Positions 27,056 through 38,368 of a stretch of DNA of 64,000 nt are shown in pieces. Position numbers and translations under genes: made by a program. How positions within the stretch are numbered: the first letter of the stretch is position 1; every line of letters starts with the position of its first letter. Source of the stretch: the human T2T-CHM13v2.0 reference genome, Homo sapiens; NCBI RefSeq assembly GCF_009914755.1, contig NC_060925.1; one strand, given 5' to 3'. The notes below the pieces were generated by a model. It saw only the letters and a list, made by a program, of their open reading frames with translations, searched no databases and had not been told where the DNA came from.

Positions 27056-28795
27056 GGGAGGAAAGCTGCTGAAACTGCAATTTCTCCTGGGCAATGAAAC
27101 TTGCAGCCAGGAACAGCTTTGTGGCCTGGAACTGATTTGTGTTTGTCATTGCTGGGTGGCCCAGTGTGTTCCCCTGAGATTGTAGTATAGTAGGGGCTTC
27201 TCTGCTCCACATTCAGGAATATCTTCAGACATTTGAAACACACACTCACCTGGCTTGGCAGCCTCAGCCACCCTGCCTTTCTTGTGCAAAGATCATGGTG
27301 CAGCAGGGATCTCTCCACTCCATGCCCAGGCAGATCTCCAGGCATTTGGAGCACCCACTTAAATAGATCAACAGCCTAAGCTATCTTACCTTTCCTGTGC
27401 AGAGGCAAGAATGTTGACTCTCACCACTCCTATTCAACATAGTACAGAAAGTCCTAGCCAGACCAATAAGGCAAGACAACAAAATAAAAGACATCCAGAT
27501 TGGAAAAAAGGAAGTCAAATTATCTCTGCTCACTGATGACATGATCGTATACCTAGAAAGCCCTAAAGACTCCTCTAAAAGACTCCTAGACTTGGTAAAT
27601 AAATTCAATAAAGTTTAAGGATACAAAAATCAATGTACATAACCAGTAGCATTTCTACAAACCAATAAATTTCACGTTGAGAACCGAATCAATAACTAAA
27701 TCGCATTGAAAATAGCCTTCCCACATACACACAGTATCTAGGAATACATTTAACCAAGGAGGTGAAAGATCTCTACAAGGAGAATTACAAAACACTAATG
27801 AAAGAAATCATAGATGACACAAACAAATAAAAAAGCCTCCCATACTCATGAGTTAGAGAATCAATATGATTAAAATGACCATTCTGACCAAAGTAATCTA
27901 CAGGTTCAATGCAATCCCTTTCAAATTACCAACACTATTTTTCACCAAATAAGAAAAGAATCCTAAAATTTATATGGAACCAGAAAAGACCCCAAATCAC
28001 TAAAGCAATTCTAAACAAAAAGAACAAATCTGGAGGAATTACACTGCCTGACTTCAAATTATACTACAAAGCTATAACAACTAAAACAGCATGCTACTGG
28101 TACAAAAATACATACATAGATAAAAGGAACAGAATGAAGAATCAAGATGCAAAGCTACAAACCTACAGCCAAATGATCTTTGACAAGGTAGACAAAAATA
28201 AACAATGGGAAAAGGACATCTTTTTCAATAAATGGTGCTGGGAAAATTGGCCAGCCATATGCAGAAGAATGAAAATGGACACTTATCTCTTACCATATAT
28301 AAAAAATAAAGATTTAATATAAGACTTGAAGCTACATAAATTCTAGAAGAAAACCTAGAAAAAAATATTCTGGACATTGGCCTAGGCAAATAATTTATCA
28401 TTAAGTGATATTTTCTCCAAAATGAAATGCAACTAAAACAAAAAATAGACAATGGGAATTAATTAAACTAAAAAGCTTCTGCACAGTAGAAAAAAAAAAC
28501 AGAATAAACAGACCATCTACAGAAAGGGAGAAAATATTTGCAAATTATGCTTCTGGCAAAGGATTCATATTCAGAATCTACAAGGAACTCAAACAACTCA
28601 ACAAGAGAAAAAACATACAACCCCATTAAAAGTTGGGCAAAGGACATGAACAAACATTTCCCAAAAGAAGAAATGCAAGCAACCAGAAAATACATGAAAA
28701 AAATAACCCTTAACATCATTAATCAACAGAGAAATGAAAATTATGACTACAATGAGATATCATGTTATGTTACACCAATCAGAATGGCTAATATT

Positions 28796-30447
28796 ATTTG
28801 TTTTGGAGCACACACATTTATTTATTTATTTATTTTTAATTTTACTTTAAGTTCTGGGATAAATGTGCAGAACATGCAGGTTTGTTACATAAGTATGCAT
28901 GTGCCATGCTGGTTTGTTGCACCTGTCAACCCATCATCTACGTTTTAAGCCCCCCATGCATTAAGTATTTGTCCTAATGCTCCCTCCCCTTACCCCCGAC
29001 CCCACAACAAGGTCCAGTGTGTGTTGTTCCCCTCCCTGTGTCCTGTGTTCTCAATGCTCAACTCCCACTGATGAGTGAGAACATGCGGTATTTAGTTTTC
29101 TGTTCCTGTGTTAGTTTGCTGAGAATAATGGTTTCCAGCTTCATCCATGTCCGTGCAAAGGACATGAACTCATTCTTTTTTATGGCTGCATAGTATTCCA
29201 CGGTGTGTATGTGCCACATTTTCGTTATCCAGTCTATCATTGATGGGCATTTGAGTTGGTTCCATGTCTTTGCTATTGTAAACAGTGCTGCAATAAACAT
29301 AAGTGTGCATGTGTCTTTACAGTAGAATTATTTATAATCCTTTGGGTATATACCTAGTAATGGGATTGCTGGGTCAAATGGTATTTCTGGTTCTAGATCC
29401 TTCAGGAATCACCACACTGTCTTCCACACAATGGAAGAACTAATTTACACTCCCATCAACAGTGTAAAAGCATTCCTATTTCTCCACAGCCTCGCCAGCA
29501 TCTGTTGTTTCCTGACTTTTTAATGATCACCATTCTAACTGGCATGAGATGGTATCTCATTGTGGTTTTGATTTACATTTCTGTAATGTCCAGTGATGAT
29601 GAGGTTTTTTCATATGTTTGTTGGCTGCATAAATGCCTGCTTTTGAGAAGTGTCTGTTCATATATGATTTCCATTTTTTGCATTTGCTGAGGAGTGTTTT
29701 ACTTCCAATTGTGTGGTTGATTTTAGAATACATGCTATGTGGTGAATGTATATTCTATTGATTTGGGGTGAAGAGTTCTGTAAATGTCTATTAGGTCTGC
29801 TTGGTCCAGAGTAGAGTTCAAGTCCTGATTATCCTTGTTAATTTTCTGTCTCATTGGTCTAATATACATAGTGGTGCGTTAAAGTCTCCCATTATTATTG
29901 TGTGGGAGTCTAAGTCTCTTTGTAGGTCTCTAAGAACTTGTTTATATGAATCTGGGTGCTCCGGTACTGGGTGCATATATATTTAGGATAGTTAGCTCTT
30001 CTTATTGCATTGATCTCGTTACCATTATGTAATGTTCTTCTTTGTCTTTTTTGATCTTTGTTTGTTTAAAGTCTGTTTTATCAGAGACCAGGATTGCAAC
30101 CCCTGCTTTTTTTTTTCTTTCCATTTACTTGGTATATATTCCTCCATACCTTTATTTTGAGCCTATGTGTGTCTTTGCACATGAGATGGGTCTTCTGAAT
30201 CCAGCATACCTATGGGTCTTGACTGTATCCAATTTGCCAGTATGTGCCTTTTAATTGGGACATTTAGTCCATTTATGTTTAAGGTTAATAATGTTATGTG
30301 TGAATTTGATCCTGTCATCATGATGCTAGCTGGTTATTTTGCAACTGGGTACCTCAGTTGGAAATGCAGAAATCACCTCCCTCTGTATTGGTCTCACTGG
30401 GACCTGCAGACCAGAGCTATTCCTATTTGGCCATCTTGACCCCTCCC
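28796..30447 (-). mobile_element. L1PA7-like element with both termini and two internal deletions
   Basis: 3'UTR/ORF2 C-terminus at 28830-29663, EN region at 29664-30342, first ~105 nt of 5'UTR at 30343-30447. TSD CAGAATGGCTA(A/T)TATT at 28780-28795 and 30448-30463. Confidence 0.9.
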
Positions 30448-31889
30448 CAGAATGGCTATTATTGAAAAGTCAAAAAAACAAGTGTTGGCATGGATGAGGA
30501 GAAAGGGGGCTGCTTATACAATGTTGATGGGAATGTAAATTAGTACAATCTTTATAGAAAACAGTATGAAGGTTTCTCAAAGAACTAAAAACAGAACTAC
30601 TATTCCATTCAGCAAGCCCACTACTGGTTATCTACCCAAAAGAAAATAAATCATTACATCAAACAGACACTTGTATTTGTATCTTCATTGTAACATTGTT
30701 CACAATGACCAAGTCATGGAACCAACCTACGTGTTCATCAAGAGTCAACTGGATAACGATAATGTGATAAATATACACCATGGAATACTATGCAGCCATA
30801 AAAAATAAAATCATGCCCTTTGCAGCAACATGGATTAAGCCAGAGGCCATTGAGTGAACTGACTCAGAACCAGAAAACCAAATACCGTATGTTCTCACCT
30901 ATAAGTGGAAGCTAAACAATGGATATACAGGAACATAAAATGGAAATAATAGAAACTGGTGACTCTAAAAGGGAGGACTCTGGAAGAGGGGCAACAGTTG
31001 AAAAATTATCTATCAGGTATAATGTTCACTATATGGGTGATGGGTATATCAGAAGCTCAATCCCCTCCTGCATGCAATATACCCATGTAACAGACAAGCA
31101 CTTGTACCTCCTTAATGTCAAATTAAGAATTAAATAAATTAAGAAAAGGAAGTAAAAGGCAAACATGCTATAGAGTGGGAAAAGATATCTCAAATACATA
31201 AAATGCTAAAAGCATTTTAGAATTTCTAAAAAGTAAATTTCAAATTATTAACTTAAAAATAGGTAAAAATTCAAGACATATAAGCAAAGACTTGAAAAGA
31301 AGTCTTCACTTTCAGAAAGAAGGATATCAAAATGAACAATAAACATTTGAAAAGACTCTCAATATTATTAGTCATCAGAAAAATGCAAATTAAAATCATG
31401 ACATACCACTATATATCCACCATGGCTAAAATTAAAAAGAATTTCAATATCAAATGTTGGTGAAATTTTGGAGTAAATGAAACTCTTCCACATTAATTAC
31501 AGAAGTGTGATTTGATACAAACATTTTAAAAAACTTTGGCAGTATCTACTAAAATTAGATATACTAGATATATCTCTAATTCCATTCTTGAATGCATTCC
31601 CAACCAAAATAAGCACTACATCCAATGAAAGCCATAGCCAAGAATATTTATAGTATTTTTATGTACCATATCCACAAATCATAAAGAACTCAATTTTCAT
31701 CACCAATAGAATGAGGAAATAAACTGTGGAATCTTCACACAATAGAACACCACAAAATAACGTAAAACAACAAAGTTCTGATACATGCAACAAAAACAAA
31801 GATAACCCTCAATGCTATAATAATAACAAAAAGAAGTAAAGCAAAACTAATTTTAATATTTTGGTGACAGATTTCAAGATAAAGGGTTC

Positions 31890-32122
31890 CCTCATGTGCA
31901 GAAGGATGAGAAAAAAGGATACAGGGTTGATCAAATCACCTAGGAAGTCAGAGTAGATAGAAAAGATGAGGATCTTAAAAATAATCTTGACAAAGAACAG
32001 TCAATGGAGTAAGAGACAAAAATAGAAGCACTTGTTTATGTAAGACAAATGCTAAAAAAATTCCATAAAGGATCAACCCTATCAAATGCTACTTGGAGCA
32101 TAAAATGTCCGTGGTAAAAATT
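31890..32122 (-). mobile_element. L2 fragment (continues at 42186-42900 after the L1MA insertion)
   Basis: aatcacctaggaagtcagagtagatagaaaaga; the continuation tcattggtgactttt...gtttcagtgg lies beyond the right-hand TSD. Confidence 0.55.
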
Positions 32123-34342
32123 AAACACTAGACTGAAGGACTTCAGCAAGATGGTGGAAAAGGAAGCTCCTGATGTTTCCTCCTCCCATCAATTCACTAA
32201 TAACTTACACACTGATCAAGTTCCTCTGAGAGAAATCCAGAAGCTAGTTTCACACAGAGGGCAAATGAGAAAATATCCACATTAAATTGAGTAGAAAAAT
32301 CTGAGACATACTTGTACCACAAACCCCACCCCAAGCACAGCACCTTACCATCAGAAGGGAACTCCCAATTCACAACTTCTCACTAAGGAGTGAAGGGTTT
32401 AGACCTTACACATAGTACTCGAACTTTTACAGTTGCCAGCTGAGAAATCAGCTTCTAAGTCACTTAGCTTTGGGAGTAAACAGGGCTCAGAATTCATGAG
32501 TGTTATAGCACCACAATGAACAGAGGCAGTTTTAATGATCACTTTCATCAGCTATCCCCTCCAGGTTCCATGCAGCGTGAGCAAGCAAAAATGTCCATCT
32601 CCCAGCTTCTCACTTGAAGAGGTCTTACTGTATACTTTCCTAGCTCCTGCCTAAAGGTCAGGCATCTAATTAGCCTGCATCTGGGAACTGAAGGAAAAAT
32701 GAATAGAAATCCTCCAGAGGTTTGAATGGGCATGTGTGCACTTCTCATGCCTTCTCCTCTCAGCTTGCTTGCTCTAGCAACAAAGCTGTATCTCCAGCTC
32801 TCTCTGGAAGGAGTTTGTCCACACCTCAAGTATCCTAACTTTTACAGCTCCCAATCAGGGGACTAGCTCCAAAGTCACCTCCCCCTGGGAGCTAAAAGGG
32901 ATCAGCATTTGTAACTTCTCAGAACCACAGCCAAAAAAAAAGAGGCCATTTTAAATGAGTGCACACTTCTAGCATCTGTTTCTCACAATTCAAGACAGAG
33001 TTAGAAAACACAAATGATAAGCTTTGAGTTGCTTTCTGGAAGAAGTTTGACAGCACACCTAATGTCTCGACTATCCCAACTGTTGCCTGTGGGCCAGGCT
33101 TTTAATTAGGCTGTATCTGGGAGCTGATGAAGCAATCCATAGTCCTCTTGGAGCCTGAAATGGCATCTCACAGCTCCTCCTGCTGGAATGCTCCAGTGAT
33201 AGAACTAAGCTTCCAGCTAAGCCACCTGTCTCTAAGAGTGGGTGGAACTTGGTATCCACTGGAGTGACAAAGAGCAAAGCAATGGATTGAAAGAGTGTGC
33301 TGTCTGAACAAGAGTACAGACATTTGCCACAGATACTCTGTCCAGTTTAGTGCAGAGCAAGTGAGAGATAAACTCTAGCTTCCACTGTTTCCTTGAAGAG
33401 AAGGGAAACTAGACCTCACATCTAGAACCCAAAATTTTTCATTTTCTTGAAGGACTGGCTTCTATCTCACCTATTTCAAGACACTATTGAGACTTGGCAC
33501 ACCCTAATCTCCTGGGATCCACTAAGAACAAAAGCAGTGATTTTTGACAGGTACGAAGATTTGAGAGGTACCCAGTATTTCTAGCTAGGCTAGCTGATGA
33601 AGTTTAACTCCCACATGAGGCCAATCTGACCAGGTGGCTATCTTATCTAATGTACAAAAATCAACACAAAGTCTAAAGGAAAGTGAAGTAACAGGAAAAA
33701 TACATTCCAAACACAAAAGCAAGATAAATCTCCATAATCTAATAAAGTGGAAATAATTGATTTATCCAACAGATAATTTAACATAATGGTCATAAAGATG
33801 CTCATCAAGGTCAGGACAGCAATGCGTGAACAAACTAGGAATTTCACCAAAGAGATATAAAATATTCTTTAAAATACCAAGCAGAATTTATAGAGCTGTA
33901 GAATACAACAACTGAGCTAAAAAATTCAACAGGGAGATTCAACAACAGAATAGATCAAGTGACGGAAAGGATCAGGAAACCCAAAAAAAGGTCATCTGAA
34001 ATTAGCCAGTCAGTGAAACAAAAGAGAAAAAATAATTTAAAAGCACGAAGATAGCTTAAGTAACAATGAGATGCCATCAAGCAGACCAATATACACATTA
34101 TGAATATTCCAGAAGAAGAGAGAGAGAGAGAAACAAGTAGAAAACATATTCAAAGAAATGTTTAAAAATGTCCCAAACCTGGGGAAGGAAGTAAACAGCC
34201 AGATGCAGAAATCCCAAACAACACCAAATGAGATAAATACAAAACGATCCAAAGACAAAGAAATTTTGAGAGCAGCACTAGAAAAACAGCTTGTTACATG
34301 AAGGGAGCCTCTGTCAGACTATCAGTGGATTTTTCAGCAAAA

Positions 34343-37300
34343 AGATAGGAAGACCTCAAGTTAACAACCTAAGATCACACCTCAAGGAACTAGAAAAATA
34401 AAAACAAACAAAACCCAAAGCTAGCAGAAGAAATGAAATTACAAAGATCAGAACGGAACGAAATAACATTAAGACCAAAAATAAATAAATGAAAAGTTCG
34501 TTTTTTGAAAAGATAAACAAAGTTGATAGATCACTCACTAGAATAACCAAGAAAAAAGATTTAAATAATCACAATAAGAAATAATAAAGGTGATATTACA
34601 AATGATACCACAGAAATACAAGATTATCAGAGACTACTATAGACAGCTCTACAGACGCAAACCAGAAAACTTAGAAGAAATGAATAAATTCTTGGAAACA
34701 TAAAATCACCCAAGATTGAACCGGGAAGACATAGAAATTCTGAACACACCAGTAATGAGTAGTAAAATAGAATCACTCCTTTAAAAATCTCCCCCACACA
34801 CACAAAAGCAAGCCCAGGACAAGATGGATTCACAGAATTGTATCAGATATACAAAGAAGAATTGATATGAATCCTACTGAAACTATTCCAAAAAAGCAAA
34901 GATGAGGGAATCCTTCCTAACTCTTTCTGTGAACTCAGTATCATCCTGACACCAACTCCAAGCAAGGACACAAGAAATAAAGAAAACTACAGGCGAATAT
35001 CCTTGACGAACATAGATACAAAAATCTTCAACAAAATACTGGCTAGCCAAATCCAATAGTCCATCAAAAAGATAGTACACCATGATCAAGTGGGCTTTAT
35101 TCCAGGAATGCAAAGATAATTCATTATATGCAAATCAATCAGTGCAATTGATCACATTACAGAACTAAAAACAAAACAATATGATCATCCCAATCGACGC
35201 AAAAAAGGCATTCAGAAAAATTCAATATCCCTTCATGATAAAAAAAACTCTCACAATATAGGCATTAAAGAAACATATCTAAAAATAAAAGCCAGAACAG
35301 ACAAACCCACAGCCAATATTATACTGAATAGAGAAAAGTTGAAAGCATTCCCTGTAAAAACTAGAACAAGACATGCATGCCCACTCTCACCAATCCTATT
35401 CAACGTATTACTGGAAGTCCTAGCCAGAGCAATTAGGCAAGACAACAAAATAAAAGGCATCCAAAATAGAATAGAGACAGTCAAATTATTTCTATTCACT
35501 GGTGATATGAGTTTATGTCTAGAAAACTCTAGACTCCTCCAAAAGCTCCTAGATTTAATAAATTACTTCAGTAAAGTTTCAGAACACAAAATCACTGTAT
35601 AAAAATCAGTAGCATTTCTATACACCAACAACAGTCAAGATGAGAACAAAGTCAAGAAGGTAATCTTGTTTATAATAGCTTCAAAAGTAAAATAAAATAC
35701 CTAGGAATATATTCAACCAAGGAGGTAAAAGACCTTTACAAAAAGAATTACAAAATCCTGATGAAAGAAATAGATGACACAAACAAATGAAAAAACATTG
35801 CATGCTCATAGATTGGAAGACTCTATATTGCTAAAATGAACATATGGCCCAAAGCAGTTTACAGATCCAATGTCATCCCTTTCAAATTACCAGCATCATT
35901 TTCAACAGAATTAGAAAAAACAAATTTAAAATTCATTAGGAACCAAAAAAAAAAAAAAAAAGAAAAGCTCAAGTAGTCAAACAACAATGAAAGAATAAAG
36001 CTAAAGGCATTATATTACCTGACTTGAAATTATACTACAAGGTTATAGTAAGCAAAACAGCATGATGCTGATATAAAAACAGACACACTTTTCAGTGATA
36101 CAGAGCAGAGAACCCAGACATAAAACCACATACCTAAAATTAAGTTTTCTTCAATAAAGTCAACAAAAATATATACACTGGGGAAAGGACAACCTATTCA
36201 GTAAATGGTGCTGGAAAAATTGTATTGCCATGAGCAGAAGAAAGAAACTGGGCCCCATCTCTCCAGGCTAGCTGATGAAGTACCAAACTGTATACTGTAT
36301 ACAAAGACTAACTCAAGATGGATTGAAGACTTAAATGTATGATGTGACACTATATAAGTCTTAGAAAAAAAAACTGAGGAAAAACTCTTCTAGACGAATT
36401 GGCCTAAGTAAATAATTTATGACCAATTTGTCAAATGCAACAAAAACACAAATAGACAAATGGAACTTAGTTAAACTAAAAAGCTTCTGCAAAGCAAAAT
36501 ATATGATCAACATAGTAAATAGACAACCTACAGAATGGGAAAAAATATTTGCAAGCCATGCATCCAATAAAGGCCTACTACGCAGAATCTACCCAAACAA
36601 CTGGACAGGAAAAAACAAACAACCCCATTAAAAAGTGGACATAGGACATGAACAGATATTTTTCAAAAGAAGGCATACAAAAATCCAACAAGCATATGAA
36701 AACATGCTTGGTATCACTAAAAATCAGAAAAAATGCAAATTAAAACCACAATGAGATATATTTTACACCAGTCAGAATGACCATTACTGAAAGTCAAAAA
36801 ATAACAGATATTGGCAAGGATGCAAAGAAAAGGGAATGTTATACACTGGTGGTAGGAATGTAAATTAGTAAAACCTCTATGTAAAACAGTAAGGAGATTT
36901 ATCAAAGAACTGAAAATAGAACTACCATCCCTTTCAGCAATCCCAGTACTTGGCCATAAGCCCAAAGGAAAAAATTATTATATAAAAAATACCTGCACTT
37001 TTATGTTTATTGCAGCACTATTCACAACAGCAAAGATATGAGATCAATCTAAGTGTCCATCAATGGAAGACTGGATAAAGAAAATATGCATACCATGGAA
37101 TATTACTCAGCCATAAAAAAAATGAAATTATGTCTTTTACAGCAACATGAGTGGCATGAGGCCATTATCTTAAGTGAAACAACTCAGAAACAGGAAGTCA
37201 TATACTGCATGTTCTCACTTATTAGTGAGAGCTAAAAGACGGATACACCTGGATATACAGAGTGGAATAAGCGACACCGAAAAATACAAAAGTGTAAAGT

Positions 37301-37440
37301 GTGGGGAGTGAGGGTTGAAAAATTACCTATTGGATACAATTTGAGTGATAGGGACACTAAAAGCTCAGATTTTACCACTACACAATATATGCATGTAAGA
37401 AATTTGCAACTTACCCATGAATCTATAAAAATAAAAAATT
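34343..37440 (+). mobile_element. 5'-truncated L1PB (L1PB3/4-like)
   Basis: ORF2 remnants (ORF 35339..35602 KAFPVKTRTRHACPLSPILFNVLLEVLARAIRQ). L1PB 3'UTR (aaattacctattggatacaat...cactaaaagctcagattttaccactac) and A-tail. Confidence 0.88.
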
Positions 37441-37992
37441 AATATATAATTATCCTTGAAAACAATAAAGTAAGTGAATGCATATATAATTTATGAGCCA
37501 TGAAAAATAAAAAATAAAGAGACTTTACTTAACTCCCAAATAAAAAGACATTGTGGCTGAATTAATTTAAAAACAACTGTATACCATGTTGTAAAGATTC
37601 AACTGTATACCATGCACAAGAAACTCATTTTAGATTCAAGGACACATATAGGTTGAAAGTAAAGGAATAGAAAAAGTTATTACATGTAAATAATAACCAA
37701 AAGAAAGCAGGAGTGCTATACTTACACTAGACAAAACAGAATTTAATCCAAAAACTGTCTCAACAAAGAAGGTCATAACATAACAATAAAATGGTCAGTT
37801 CAAGAGAAAGATATAATAATTGTAACTACATACACATCCAACATCAGACACATAAGAATATAAAACAAATATTGACAGATCTGAAAGGGAAAAATTGATA
37901 GCAACACAGTAATAGTAAGAGACTTCAATACATCACATTTAATAATGAATAGAAAATCCAGATAGCAAATCAATAATTAAATGTCCGACTGT

Positions 37993-38368
<376 letters not shown>

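Larger units (their letters stand above)
26005..31145 (+). mobile_element. L1PB element with 5' end, large internal deletion, and nested MSTA and L1PA
   Basis: 5' start ccaagatggcagattag; ~113-bp 5'UTR monomers at 27170-27400. ORF2 RT/C-terminal remnants (ORF 27909..28322 [24 protein letters not shown]). L1PB 3'UTR and A-tail at 30900-31145. Confidence 0.85.
22720..31880 (+). mobile_element. Old L1M (L1MC/ME-like) ORF2 plus 3' end, host of a nested cluster; own sequence at 22720-24075, 24622-~26000 and ~31145-31880
   Basis: Degraded colinear ORF2 from the EN domain to the C-terminus. Resumes after the L1PB tail with aaaaggcaaac...gagtgggaaaagatat. Confidence 0.8.

Noticed and set aside
30340-30360. 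Spliced L1 (SpIRE) interpretation of the mini-L1
   Set aside because: The GT of the 5'UTR donor is retained and the junctions do not follow GT-AG boundaries.
33590-33640. CTGATGA as a hammerhead ribozyme core (also at 36272)
   Set aside because: No stem II/GAAA and no flanking helices could be built.
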